Assembly (NCBI GenBank): GCA_963693365.1
Contig: CAVNZM010000007.1
Span: 791,979 to 855,978, forward strand
From: Amoebidium appalachense
Lineage: Eukaryota; Protista; Ichthyosporea
Length of the DNA: 64,000 bases
Direction: 5' to 3'
Shown here: positions 1-27,329 of the stretch, in pieces
How the letters are laid out: each line of letters opens with the position of its first letter
How positions within the stretch are numbered: position 1 is the stretch's first letter
Position numbers and translations under genes: made by a program
The notes under the pieces: generated by a model
Databases searched by the model: none
Told to the model about the DNA's origin: nothing
The model's input: only the letters and a program-made list of their open reading frames with translations

Positions 1-217
1 CCCATGTGTGAGTGGTGATGGGGTGTGCAGGGAGAAGATGGAGGGGGTGGGGACTTGGGACACCCCTCCCCTCCCCCTTCCCCCGGGTAGAGACGACGGA
101 CAATGCCATCATCTCAGAACACAAAACAACAAAGCCATCAAGTGACCCCCCCTCCCATTCCCCCCCCCGTTTCTCATGCAAACCCCCCACCCTCTAACAA
201 ATACACACACATACACG

Positions 218-255
<38 letters not shown>

Positions 256-535
256 CACACACATATACATACAACAATTATCATGCATTGCCAAGCAATC
301 TGTTAAAGGGGAATCAGCGCTCACAACCTGGAAGCACTACACAAAACACTCCAAAAATGACACCCCCCCCCCCCCCCCCCCCTCCTTCCATTCAGTTTTA
401 ACGTGAGATTACTCCCTAACCCAAAAATGACCCCCCCCCCCCCCACCCCCCCCCCCCTCTCTCCCCCACCCTCAATACCTGCATCCCACTGCCCCCCCCC
501 CCCCCCCTCTCTCCCCCACCCTCAAAACCTGCATC

Positions 536-582
<47 letters not shown>

Positions 583-677
583 CGTCCCTCCCCCTCCCCC
601 CAAAAAAATATGCACACCCACAACGACAACAATATTGAACAAATAAATAATAAATAAATACAATAACTAACACGCAC

Positions 678-786
678 CTCGTCATATATGACCCGCACTA
701 TGAGGGAGCAACTTGGGCACCGTGCCACATCCTCCCCGTCCATCAACTCATCCTGCAACAGAAAGAAATGTCAACCGTAATCAAAA

Positions 787-818
<32 letters not shown>

Positions 819-1821
819 AAAAAAAAAAAAAAAAAAAAAACCAAAAAAAAAACCAACTCCTTTCCCCCCCTTATCCTTCCCAGACACTCACAATACACCA
901 ACCCATCCTCCACACACTCAGACGGCCACTACCACCATTACCCATGCACACTCCCTCCTCCTCCCCTCCTCCCCCGAAGCGTCCCCCCCCCTTCCCCCCC
1001 ACACACACACACCGTGAACCCCACAACTCTTGTCCGTCCTGATCCTCCCCCATCTCTCCCCCTCCCCCCCCTCCCCCCGGCTCCTTCCTTTCCCCCCACT
1101 GACCGCACTGGACAACATGCGTAGATACCCCAAACAGCAAGTTAGAGTCGCGTTATTATCTATCTAATCAAGCAAACAATAAACTTCCATACAACCGTTA
1201 CACCGAGTGCTACTCGGGTAAAGTCACAGACACACAACCAGGGTGTCCAACGTTAATTGCACACATTCACGTACACACGTAACTGTGACACCCCTCTGAC
1301 ACACTTAGCATTCCAACAAAAGCATGTCTACAAACACACACATACAATCCATTCAAATTGAGCAAAACCAATAATACCACTGTGGGCGCCAAGCAAGTAC
1401 AGAACCGCTAACACAGGCATGACGGGAGCAAGTACAGACACACTTCCAAACAGGAGAAGAAGCCAGGTGTCCCCACAGATCCGTGCACAAAACACACAGA
1501 GATGAAAGAGAAAGAGCGAGGGTAGGAAAAATACACATGCATGCACGCACGCACACACGCACGCAAGTTCTCGCAATTCAACATGGAAGCAACCCCAAAA
1601 CACCAGCCAAGTCCATGTAGCCCGAAGAGACACGCACAAGCAACCACACAAACCCACACAGGCATACACACACAGGCACGCACGTACACACACGCACACG
1701 CACACGCACGCACCAGTGTAATCTGGAACCGGTCCCCACACGGACATGGGAAGAAGAAGGTCCGCAGATCTGCGTCGTATTCAAAGTCTTCAATCTCTAC
1801 CTCGTCGTGAAACACAGACAT
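678..1821 (-). CDS. DPH3: Diphthamide biosynthesis protein 3 (CSL zinc finger). Exons 1821-1714 and 752-678; the final exon is not resolved.
   Basis: Spliced translation [36 protein letters not shown]|[25 protein letters not shown] contains the CPCGDRF and CPSCSL motifs of DPH3/KTI11. The intron is GT..AG phase 0, with a further GTGCGT donor at 677. Confidence 0.93.
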
Positions 1822-2550
1822 GGTGCCGCCTCTCTGATCTGCCTCGCTATTATTAAGAAGAAACTGAAAGCCCGAAGGCAAAAAAAAGGAAGGGTGGGAA
1901 AGAAAAAACGTATCTCAGAGTGCCTTTGCGAGACCACAAAAGGATCCGGAATCGACAATTTTAACCGGGAGAAACCTGCTTCAGCAGGCCTTCGTGCCAG
2001 CAGAGCGCCAGTTCAAAGAGTACAACAGTATGTGGATACTAAAACCCTGAAAATAATACACCGTGTGATACAGTGCTTGCCTTTGGTGCTTTCATTAGCT
2101 ACAATACACTTATCACGCCTACCCACTTGCAACAAATGACGGATCATTGCTTGTGCACGTCACGTGCAACATAAATTTGCTGCGCTCTGCCCGCCTCCGG
2201 GTGATTGCGCAAACGCCAGTTTGCCTAACGAGCTGCGGCCAGCACCAATATATAAGGGGCCTCGGGGGGAGGGTGATGATGCGCACAGTATACCCACGAC
2301 GGGCAACTTTATAATGCAGAGTGCATTTACACATAAAGAGTTGAAATCATAAGGCTATACCACAAATTGAGCTTCAGCCCATTCGCCGTGCAGGCGAAAC
2401 ACAACTCCGACAACAGAGCCTTTTCGACTCTCAAAGGAGGATGCAGAGGATGGGGTGGAAGGGTGGAAGGACAGCGAGGTCCCCAACCCCACCCCCAACC
2501 CTCCCACTCTCTGGGGAAAGCAGGAGCAACCCAGCTGACGGATAAGGGTG

Positions 2551-2599
<49 letters not shown>

Positions 2600-3451
2600 C
2601 CGTTTTCATTAATCACGAATCTCTTTGCAGCTACTAGGCATGCACACGTGCCTTCACCTGATGCAAGCGCGTGCCCCTCTCCCCCACTGAATTCCCCATT
2701 ACAAGATGCCTGGCTTAATGACCCAGCATGGGACACAGTTACCGAATTTTCATGTTAGCCAGCGAGAATGTGCGCTCATTTTCGAGGGCCTGTAGGCACA
2801 TGTGCATGTCACCGTGTTTATCTTTACTCGCACCCACAGCGTTTTGTTCTCGGCTTACCCAATTGGTAAGGGCGAGGGTGAGTAGTGGAAAATACTAGCT
2901 GCATCCAAAAATACTCTAGCTACCCTCTACCCCCTCCTCCCCCCCCCCCCCTTCTCCTTCCCAACCCATCCATACCTCAAAACCGCCGCCACGGTCGGCT
3001 TTATCTCAGATAGTTGGCCTGTGTGTGAATGTGTGTGGGTGTGTGTGTGTGTGTGTGCACTCGAGAATACATCTGCCTGTATGAGGCTTACATTGCCCGT
3101 TTAGAAAAAAAAAACCCCCGGATATGAAAGGAACAGCTGTATTCATCATAATGATACATTCGGTCGCTAAACCTGCAAGGCCTATTACAGCACACACCCC
3201 CCAGCAACCAACACTACCATCAATCATCTTGTCTGAATGCAACCAACTCCTATTGCTATTGCAACATACACCGTGAAAGTATAAGTGTAAAAAAACACGT
3301 CCATAACCATCGCTTTGTTGCCCCCCCCTCCCCCCTCCCCCCCCCCCCCCCCCCCCTAGAAAAGAAAGAAAGAAAGAAAAAACACCGCAAACACAACAAC
3401 GTTGTCGTTGCTAAACTGCCCACGCCTTCCCAGCGCCTAGTTTTTCACTAC

Positions 3452-4853
3452 CTAAGCATGCGACCTAGCAAGGGCACATGCATGCTTGTGCCTTGGCCAA
3501 TCATTTTTCTGACATTCCTTGCCACAACATTTCACCAGCTTACACACCCCACAATTTTTCAGTTTCCCTACGGCAAACGTCTGGGAGCAGCCTTTACTTG
3601 CCGTGGAATCGCTCGCTTTGGTCCGTGCCTTTAGCTCCTTCGCCGTTTCCGGTGCTAATACCTGTGCAAACCAATCATCCCCCATCCTCCCCTTGAGCTT
3701 GATACTCACTTTGTCCGGTGCCACCAAGGACTCATACCGACAGAGTTCCTTCTCCTTTTGCGACATGGAAGCATGCAGTTTCCGTACCTTAGCCAACCCA
3801 TCATTACCATCGATCCTTCCGTACATTCTCACTAGGCAATCCACACCGTAAACGGCTAGCTCGTCCATTTTGTTCTTCCGTGCGACCGCTACGCCCTGCT
3901 CGTAACATACCTCCTCCGACTGGTATTTGCCGACGCGTTGCTGCTGCTCAGCCAGGTTGTACAGCCACTTCACCTTGGTGTGGGGCACACTCGCCTGCTG
4001 GCGCCCATCCTTAGCGCCCTTTCCGCCGTTTTTTCGTCTCCCATCTCCGTGGCAATTCCGACCCACTGGTCAAGAATGTCATGATACATGAAAACATCGT
4101 CGATCCAATGATTTTGTCGGTAGACACGTACGAGGCTCGATCCGAGAGCTTACCCTCCGTGTCGTTGTAGTAGTCGACGAATTCCTGGCAGAGAGCGGTA
4201 AACTCGTTTCACATGCCCGCCGAAGTGATTTTCGTCTTAACCCTGTCCAGCTCGGCTTTGAACATCAACCTCAGCAGGCGCCAATTCCTGAGTTTCCGCG
4301 CCGCTTCCAATCCGTCCACAATCAGTCGCTTTCGCTCGGTCTTGGTCTTTCCTTGGTCATCCTATGGGTCAAGTCAGCGAAATGGGAGTAGAAACAGTTG
4401 TTGGAAGGGGGGCTATTTCCGAAGTCGTGGAGCACGAGGGCGCACGAACGATCCGCGGACAGGAGAAGAACTTCGGCTCCGGTCCACATGGGAAACATGG
4501 GCAGAATTTCCGCAGGGTCCTCCATGTCTGCCCCCGGGTATTGCAGGGCGTATCCAATTCCCGTTGTGAGGTAGTTGGCGCTAAAGCCATAGATGAGATG
4601 CGTGGCTGTGGGCTCCGTTTCACTTTTCTGGGCGAGCTCTGCATGCACCGTTCTTGCGCAAAACAGCAGGGGAATGTTTTCGAGAGGACAGAAGCAACAT
4701 CGCCTCTCCCTGACGAATTAGGTGCGCCATGGAGTTGTCTTCCATATGTTCGTCTATGAAGGGGAACCCCTCGAACGTGCTGTCGAGTTGAGCCCTGGCT
4801 ATGAGCTCAAACGACAGAAACTTGTAGTCGGAATGGAGCTGATTCGTCGACAT
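3452..4853 (-). pseudogene. Disrupted gene for a helical-repeat (TPR-like) protein with a C-terminal MYND zinc finger
   Basis: C-terminus GCSQTFAVGKLKNCGVCKLVKCCGKECQKNDWPRHKHAC fits the MYND pattern, with the first Cys apparently lost. Upstream KWLYNLAEQQQRVGKYQSEEVCYEQGVAVARK is TPR-like. Coding-like sequence runs from ATG 4853 across about 4 frame changes and an in-frame TGA at 4209-4211. No microsatellite introns within the CDS. Confidence 0.7.
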
Positions 4854-5470
4854 CCTCGGTGATGTTCCTTTAAAAAGAAAAAAGAAAAACAATGCAAATA
4901 AAGAAAGGTGTCTTCTTTGTGTATGATTGTAGCTTAAGGAACACCGCTTATACAGAAACGTGCTAACGAAAACTTATTCTACCTATGATTGTTGTGCTGG
5001 TGTGAGGAGGTGTGGGTGTGACGGTGTGGCGGGGTTTGGCGCCAAAACCGCCAAGCAAATCCTCGATTATATCAACCTCTAATGTTTCAACCTTTCGTTA
5101 TATCAACCCTCCGGCGGCCGGACTCACACCCAGAGGTTCGAGCCTGCCAGAGGTTTTCTTTTTTTTTTATTCTTTTGCTTTTCTTTTCTTTTTTTTTCAA
5201 TTCTGAGAAGTTTTGTTTTATCACCCACACAGAGCGAAAGATAGAAACGAAGGGTTTTCTGCATATCAACCTGGAAGCTGTTTGTTATAGGTTTGCCCTT
5301 TGGAGTTAGTCTCTATACTTTTCATTTGCTGTTCCCACAGATGCTCTCATGCTCTTCCGAAACCTTCTCACGTCTAGCATATACTGACTTTAGATTGCAC
5401 ACAAGATAATAGTCTTTTTCTGATAAATGTCAACGGCTACTACCACCTAATTAGCTTATTGGCTGACGAA

Positions 5471-10437
<4,967 letters not shown>

Positions 10438-10605
10438 TGGCCGGATATGATTGGTTGCTGGCTTTTAATGCGCCCGATCACCTCCATATACCTGTTTTTG
10501 TATATTGCTTATAGTGAGTTAGTTTTGCTATTGAGTGTCATGTTGGATGTTACCTTCACATATTATCTTTACTTCTAGTTCATTTATTTCTTTGTTTTTG
10601 CCCCG

Positions 10606-10653
<48 letters not shown>

Positions 10654-11301
10654 GGGGGGGGGTGGGGGGCATACCCTTTCCCCTCATCCTTTGTTTTTCT
10701 GACTATCCCCTCACCTCCGGATCCGTCTTCTTCTGTTCCTAAGCTCTCCTATTGCAACAAAAGATGTATTATAAGGTATATCATATATATATATAACGTC
10801 CTGAATATGTATTGTTGTTTGTAGAACCGGCCGAATTCCGGCTGATTGTTTTATTGGTCACTTAACACGCTATTTACTGTACAAAAGTTTTGAGTGGAGA
10901 TCCGATCAGTATAGCTTGGCATCTTTTGCATACCCAAACAACACATATACACGCTAGATTAGAAAATCGTGTATGACTAAGTGTAGATCAGCAACCCATG
11001 TGTTTTCAAGCTACTAGTGGCACATTTACAGCAAGCACACAAACACAAAACATCATGAAAAAGTACATTAATCATGATCTCGAATCAAACACATGTGAAC
11101 ATGGTGTTTCTACTCTGTGTATTTAGCATGAGCCTGAAATTTGAAAAAAAAAAAAAGAAAAGAAAAAAAAAAAGCTGCATACAGGAGGGAACCATGCGAA
11201 GAAACTGGAATTTGTGCAAGCATTCAATTTGACGATGGGACACACAGGGCCTATGTCTTTTTTGATTACCTACATGATAATTTTATAAAACAACAACAAA
11301 A

Positions 11302-11334
<33 letters not shown>

Positions 11335-12558
11335 TATTTTAACTCCCCCCCCCCCCCCCCCCCAAAAAAAAAAAAAAAAAAAAAACCACACATTTGCCCA
11401 CCCACCCAGACACAAATACTCAAGCACAAACACGTGATCAGCTTATTAACACATCCGCAACCTGGCTTTACACCTCCTCTATCCACAGTCGTCAATCTGT
11501 AGACTGCTTGGTCTGCGCATCACTTGCCATTACTTGAATAGCTATGCTTATAGGAACTGAGGTGTCCCCCATACCTCCTTAGGTATTGTCATGGTTGCTA
11601 CATGCAGATATTAAAGAGAACGGCAGTCTCCTAGAATTGTATCCGTTGTCTACGTAACAAGCCGGGCTATCATAGGCTACGCTGCGGGACATCATACGAG
11701 GCATGCCAGCTTTAGAAGGGCCCCATGAAGGCATCTGACTCGTAATGACTACTAGCTGAACGGGATGTTTGGAAAAGATATTTTGGAAGGTGTCGCACCA
11801 TACACCTTATGATTGAACATTGTTAAACTTGGACTCCTGGAATCAGTAAATGTATGTGTTACGTAGAGTCCTTTTCTCCCTCCCGGGATGACGGCTGTTA
11901 TTCGTTCGGGTCCGAGACCTCCCTCCCCCCTTCCCCCCCCCCCCCTCCTCCCCCATCCCCTCTTCCCCCCCCCCCCCATCCGCAGCCCCTCCCCCCTCCC
12001 TTCACCCCACCCCTACTCCTCACTGGTGGCCCTGGTCCTGTTTGATCGGACACTTGCCCCCCCCCCCCCCCCCCCCCCCCCCCTCGCCATTCGCCCCCGA
12101 CCGATACCCCCTACCGCATGGATGCGGGCTCATGGCCCTTTTTGCTTGTGTGCTGGTTATGCTACCACATAGGCGACATGTCAATATCCGAATATTTCCC
12201 AAGCTATAGATGCAATGTCGCCTCCAGCTGTGAGTACACCCCCCCCCCCCCCCCACCCCCCCCCCGTCCCCTCCCCCCCCCACACCCACCAACCCCCCCG
12301 ACCACCATAATCGAAATTCCCCCCCCCCCCTCCCCCCCCCCCCCCAAAAAAAAAAAAAAAGAGACACCCAACCCATATTCTGAGTCGACACACATGCACA
12401 TGCGCAGAAGCATGGAAACATATGAGCGCAGGTGTGCATGCACACAGCCAGACGCACACACACAACAACATACGTGCGCGTGCACACACACACACACAAC
12501 CTGCACATGTGTGTGTGTGTGCGTGCGCGCAAACCCACTGGTGACCACCACCAGCAGA

Positions 12559-12597
<39 letters not shown>

Positions 12598-13369
12598 CCT
12601 CCCTCCCGGATCAACACACGCACCCATACCGCAACAGTGCGCAAAACACACCAAACACGTCTTCCTTGCATCGACATCACCCAGCACAAAAACACCGGTA
12701 GCCGGTGCCGCATTCCATTTCAATTGCGTATTTGACACGGGCGACTCAATTACTGCCTAGGTTTTTGTGCAGCGGCACACACTGCTTTTCGTGAATTTCA
12801 TGCATAGAATCAACCACACACCACCAGAGTAAAGCAATATTATAACGTTGTAAGGCGAGGACCCCATGACACCGAATTTCTGTCCGCTCCACCAGGCCCC
12901 CGAGGAAGGCGGCACCACACCTGAAATTTCGATGTGATAGTGGGGTTTCAGCTGTGTTGGCTGGGCGCAAGGGGTATTGCAAGAGACGAAAAGACAAATG
13001 TAATCAGAAACGATTTATTTATCCTTCGGTTGAAAATTTCTATACGGCACGGGTAGAAAACGATGGGGCCAGCCCATCTAAGTCTACCGGGAACGAGTAT
13101 ATCTCGCGTAATTTGGAATGCGGGTAAGAGAGTTTACATTCAAAGGCATTATCCATCATTCAGAACTAGATACTGAGAAATCATACAGAACAGCGCTCCA
13201 AACAGAACAGAAACAGATTAACGGTGCAATTTTGCCAGTTTTTTTCGAATAACTAATTCTCTTCAGAAGTAAATACACGAGCCACGGTTTACCACCGAGG
13301 ACAAAATACCAGCCCACGCTATATACTCACATGGTATATCACAATACAGAATATCTGGAAATTTCACAC

Positions 13370-13951
13370 CTAGAACACAAAAAGCATATTGTTCGACGCA
13401 TTGTAATTCACCGCCTGGGGTCTATTCTTGATGCATATATCTACCTCTTTTGCGAAAGAGTCGGGTATGCTCGAGATCTCCACCTGTCCATGCTTCCGAA
13501 CGCGTTTTGCTATCTTCTTCATCACCTTCTCGTCGGTCTGATCAAGCACCCATTCCCCATCCACCATTACGATTCTGTCGTTGTTGCGTATACAACACGA
13601 TCCATCACTGTGCACTTTCCCTTTATGCAAGTGGAAGCCCAAAACCGCCGGCCCGATGTCGAGTTTCTTCCTCTCACTCGCATATTGTTCTGTGCACGAA
13701 ACGATGCTTGTACACAAAAGGGGGGAATCTCTAACGCCAAGCTCAACCTCCTCAGAGCTTCGAAGCAACGCCATCAGCTCAGCAGTTTTTGTAAATGGAG
13801 AAATCTCCTCCCCGTTCACAGTCTCCAGTTTGTCGCCAACTTGCAAACCAACGACCCATGCCTTTGTGCTCGGAAAAACATCGGTAACGTAGAAGCTCCC
13901 GCGCAGGCGACAGATGCTAATACCAAGATCCACATCGGCACATTTTTGAAT
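13370..13951 (-). CDS. Terminal exon of a syntenin-like tandem-PDZ protein; upstream exon(s) not resolved
   Basis: PDZ1 (LGISI..LRGSFYVTDVFPSTKAWVVGLQVGDKLETVNGEEI...VELGVRDSP) is followed by a PDZ2-like segment (LGFHLHKGKV...NDRIVMVDGEWVLDQTDEKVMKKI...VEISSIPDSF), paralleling the syntenin layout. CTACAG acceptor ends at 13952. Confidence 0.72.
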   Translation of the reverse strand: MQKCADVDLGISICRLRGSFYVTDVFPSTKAWVVGLQVGDKLETVNGEEISPFTKTAELMALLRSSEEVELGVRDSPLLCTSIVSCTEQYASERKKLDIGPAVLGFHLHKGKVHSDGSCCIRNNDRIVMVDGEWVLDQTDEKVMKKIAKRVRKHGQVEISSIPDSFAKEVDICIKNRPQAVNYNASNNMLFVF

Positions 13952-14669
13952 CTGTAGTGTGCGCTGGTATGTGTTTGCGCGTTTGCACACCATGTAGGTG
14001 TGCGATTCTTGTGTAGTTGAGGTTTGTGTTTTATGAGAGCAGGTCTGCTCCATATTGGAATGGGAGAAGGTGTTCTTGTACATTTTCAATCAAAAAACTG
14101 AGATGCAGCGTCTGTAGTAACCTGTTGGCGATGCCGGCAGGTGGAAACATAGCACCCTTACAACCACCCAAACCTCACTATAAGGGGTCACAGTAAGGGC
14201 AAATACAGGAGGATTTCTAAGAACATGCAAGGTCACATAAGTTAGATAGTACACCACACAACCACAGGGTTTGTGCTTTGTGTCCCACTGACTCTGTCAC
14301 AGTGGCCCGGGTGGGGCGGTTTTATACTTTTTGACTGTGTTGGGCCATCGCTTGTGGAGTGATCAACAGCCAATGTAAACACGACTTGTACAAATTCCTG
14401 TGATCTGAAGAATCGGCCATGATTTGTAGCGAATCATCATCGGGTCGACGCAAATGAGTGCCTTCTGGGGCTCATCATATCCATGTGCTATTGCATGCTA
14501 CTAGTATATATGTGTGTATATGGTATGGCCGCTGCATTAGAATGTCATACGTGTCTTATATATACCCTAAACCAAGCTTTGTAACGGCAATTACTTTGAG
14601 ATCAACTCAGTTCGACTGATGCAACACCGAGAACTATTTATATCGTGCAGATATCATCACATGCATCAA

Positions 14670-14800
14670 GCCACCAATCAGGAAACGACTTCCTCTCATT
14701 GGTTCGATGTAACCAATCAGAAAATGACCATTCTGCGTCATGACGCCGTCATCACTAGCTATCTTTATTTGGCAAACGCTAGCGCTAGCCTATTGGGTTA
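14670..14800. promoter_or_regulatory. Cluster of CCAAT/ATTGG boxes, candidate promoter upstream of the PDZ gene
   Basis: CCAATCAG twice and ATTGG twice within about 130 bp, plus the palindromes GCGTCATGACGC and GCTAGCGCTAGC. Could instead be a repeat-derived motif cluster. Confidence 0.35.
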
Positions 14801-15237
14801 CAAAGTAGACTAACTTTCCGTGCCTTCATCTGGGGCGGCGGTTTCACTCAGTCATGTCCTGACTCACCTACTTGAGCCTCCGTCAGTCCGTGTGTGCGGC
14901 CACTGTTTGAGAAGTTTGCAAAAGGGACGAGCATATGGCCATGGGATGCGAGGGGTTCCAGAGCGCAAATTTTTTGAACGGCTTGTTCATGAGTGGGCTG
15001 TAGCTAAGCTGTAAAGGCAGTGTGTGTGTGCATATGCGGCATATGTACACGTACGGTGTGTGTGCGAGTTTCAATAGTGAGTTTCGAGAGAGTGTACGTA
15101 TATGTCATATACACTGTACAGGCAGCTTGCAATTGAGGGCCTCTAAGTGTTATTTGTAATGGTAGTAGGGGTGGTCATTTGGGTTCAACTTGACCGTTGG
15201 AGGGCCGGGAGAGGGGGGGGGGGGGGTGGGGGGGGGA

Positions 15238-15690
15238 CACAGGAGAGGAGGAGGCTGGCGGGGGGCTGGGGCCCCGTTCCGGGAGGCGCGGATAAGGCTT
15301 TCCCCCCCGGCCTTTCCCCCCGGGATCCCCGGCGCCCCACGAGGCCACCTGCTCGGGGGTCCACACACCGTGGTGGTGGCTGCTCCCCTCCCCTCCCCTC
15401 CCTCTCCCCTCCCCTCCAACCCTCCCCCCCCCCCCCCCCCTCCCCCCCCCCCCCCCCCCCCCGCCCACAGGAGAGGAGGAGGCTGGCGGGGGGCTGGGGC
15501 CCCGTTCCGGGAGGCGCGGATAAGGCTTTCCCCCCCCGGCCTTTCCCCCCGGGATCCCCGGCGCCCCACGAGGCCACCTGCTCGGGGGTCCACACACCGT
15601 GGTGGTGGCTGCTCCCCTCCCCTCCCCTCCCTCTCCCCTCCCCTCCAACCCTCCCCCCCCCCCCCCCCTCCCCCCCCCCCCCCACCCCTC
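15238..15690. repeat. Tandem duplication of a ~228-bp GC-rich unit bounded by G/C homopolymers
   Basis: CACAGGAGAGGAGGAGGCTGGCG...CTCCAACCCT occurs at about 15238 and 15466; the copies differ only in homopolymer length. Confidence 0.9.
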
Positions 15691-16600
15691 CGGACCACCA
15701 CCACCGATACCACCCATCATCCGCAGCTAATAATCGTAGCAAGGGTGGGTGGCTTAAGTTCCGCGCACTTCAGCTCCCTCGTGCTCAGAGTTATCCACGT
15801 GAAATTTGCAAGTGTGCGAGAAGTGTGCTTGGAATCTAGTGACTGGTTGGGTTTCCATCCCCCTTCTTTCCCCGATTTTATGGCGGTCTGATACAGGAAC
15901 AACGCAAAACTGTCTCGTCGACATAGGGGCGTTGAACCTCGAAATTTGTCACACCGTGTTTCAATATAGCTGCCAGCAACTAACTAAATAGAGCATAAGA
16001 TTGGGTGTGGTGCATGTGTTCCTTTACGAAGACCCATCTCTGGCAAGACAAAACATAATCTTAAACTAACGTCTGCTCGTCTGCTGGGTTTGTTCCAACA
16101 TTCGGAATCGCCTCGAGAAGGGAGGGGGATGGAGGAGGGGAATAATTTTTGGGACGAGGGTTGGCCCATGGGGGAAGGGGGGGGGGGGGGGGGGGGGGGG
16201 GGAGGTAACGAGGCAAGGTGTGTGTGTGTGTATGTGTGTGTGTGATTGTGTACGCGCGCGTGTGTTTGTGTGCACATGCTGCTCATACCACTTATCTCGA
16301 TATCCACACATCCTCAGCTGTTAACCACGTCCATGATTAAAGGCGCAACAGATGCGAAGTACCTGTGGTTGCATAAATGAACACCTATCCACCTGTAGCG
16401 AAATCTTGCATGTGATTCTTTGGTAAGAGCGCACGATAAGGGTCCCCGATTACATGTCCCCCCCCCCCCCCCCCCCCCCCCTCCTTTCCCCTCCTTTATT
16501 ATGCCTCGTCACCACGCGTGTTCTGTTAGCTATGCCGGGCTAAGGCTAACGGTTACGTTGGGAACCGGACTGTGGTGGCCACAGGCGTCCGAGCTTATGG

Positions 16601-18622
<2,022 letters not shown>

Positions 18623-19642
18623 GCTTATGGCATCCAAGATCTACAGTTTGCGCAACCTAAAACTTCTTCCAGCCAATCAATCGACCCCTATATTCTTATT
18701 GGCTCCCCGAGCAGCAGGTCCACTCCTCATCTTACAGGGCGTGACATTCGCATTTGCAGCCTGTGCAGTGCTGGTGATACTCCGCATACCACATCAAAAA
18801 GTAATGTATAAAGTAACCGCCATTGGCAACTTGCTATGATTATAAATAGTTATAGACGTCTATGGTATGTGCATGCAAACATGAACCATCTCACATATTT
18901 CACAACGTGGTACTTACCCGAAGCATAACCAACCCACCTAGTTTCAAACCCTGTATTCGGGTGCGCAGGGAGCCAATCACTAGCCGCCATTGTTTCCCAT
19001 GCTCGATTGGATCGAAACGGTGTTTTCGAAGCTCCCAAACGCACTTCAGCAAAGCACGGGTAGGCAGCGGTAACACGGACGTACATATAACAGGCACACA
19101 CATACACGCACGCACGTACTACATACAGGCACACACGCGCACCTTTAAACGTAGAGACTCACCGGACACGCGCACAAGGGTTCCTATAGTCGGTACGTTT
19201 GGCCACTTAGATCTGAGGAAGGATCTTGCAACTTTAGTATAGAAGCTAGTAAAGGAATAGAGCGAGAAACAACCCATGTTTCATGGCACACGAAGAAACT
19301 CTACCTGAATATATGTAGCTACACCATTTTTAGGTTTTAGCTGCTGGTTTTAGAGCTACGTACGTTGGCGTTGTCATGGGTAAGCACCAACCTACCCCAA
19401 ACACGGTGCTTGAAAAATATTATCAACAGAACCGAAATCCTGAAGGGATAATTTCGACCACTCCGTTGAACTGCAGATCGTATGGAGCGTACAAACATGG
19501 GAAGCACAATCAGTTGCTAGTTTAAACGGGCATTGTTTAATGATCCCACATTCTTTTTGCTTCACTTTCTGCTTCGAGTCGAAGGACACGGACATTTGTA
19601 CCAAACATCACATCGGAGAGCGGAGAGATCCAAAGAACCAAT

Positions 19643-26349
<6,707 letters not shown>

Positions 26350-26364
26350 TTGCCTATGCCTCAC

Positions 26365-26848
26365 TGTAAACAGTTGGACTAGTTAGGATAAGGCAGAGTA
26401 CAACTGAATCAAAATAAAGACAGAGAACGGGTAGAAAGGCACACGCGGCCAGGTTGCTTTTACTATGGGCCGACTCAGTCTGTCTCAGACTTCACTGATG
26501 TGATCCCCGTACTGGGACGGCTTTCTTATATAGCCCCAGGTTTCGGATCAAGGCCCAGGATTGGTTCATCCGCGGCCAGCGCGGGTGGCAACATGCCATT
26601 CGTGATTCTGGTGCGGTCCGAGCCAGTCAGACCTTCGTCCTATTTAAGCTGTAAAAACATCTTATTGGTTCACTTCGTTGATGTGGTATGCAGCGGTAGA
26701 ACCATATATGGTTTATTTCTTAGGTAAGATTGATTCCTATTGGTGCGGACATAATATTTATGTGATATTCGTTACAAAGCAGGAATCGTGTGCTAGTACA
26801 TCACATTCTTTAGTAAACATATACAGTTCATGTGTACAGTTGTTTACA
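26365..26848 (-). repeat. 3' LTR (484 bp)
   Basis: TG...CA with an 8-bp terminal inverted repeat; about 98% identical to 29458-29940 by manual comparison. Confidence 0.95.
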
Positions 26849-26859
26849 CTCCCCCCCTT
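26849..26859 (-). other. Polypurine tract AAGGGGGGGAG
   Basis: Purine run immediately preceding the 3' LTR on the minus strand. Confidence 0.85.
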
Positions 26860-27329
26860 GTCGGGAGCCTGGTGGTGTCGTTAGACAAGCAAACCACCAG
26901 GCTGAGAGGCGATAAACAACGATCAGCGAGATTTTGAGTGCGCCGAGCTGCTGGACAGAACAGAGCAAGGACGGTGGAATAGAGTTGTGCACGTCTATGA
27001 GCACTTCTTCATTTGCCAAAACACAAATTCATGCAGCATTCTTCTGTGTTTTCATTTTCGTTTGCAGAATGTGTGTGCGAATTGTTCGCTTCGTCACTGT
27101 GCTTGGCTTTTGTTTCGTAGAAGTGGGTGGTTTCCTTTTTTAGGTGTTTTCCTTTTTAGGAATTCTTCCGCGAATTCGTTTTCGATTGTGAGGTATTCGG
27201 TTGTGTGGATGGTTTGAAATCATCCCAAACGTTCGATAATGAATATTACTCGAGCCTTAGGTCACTTCGTAGCTCAGGTAGTGGATAGCTTAGTCTTAGT
27301 CGCTGCCCCTTATCCTGGTTCTACCTTAA

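Noticed and set aside
270-327. Candidate third DPH3 exon after a TTCCAG acceptor
   Set aside because: The translation VVSADSPLTDCLAMHD has no recognisable DPH3 similarity and no clear stop or donor; left unresolved.
11580-13070. Possible degraded plus-strand coding islands
   Set aside because: Multiple stops in all frames and no motif I can recognise; insufficient support.
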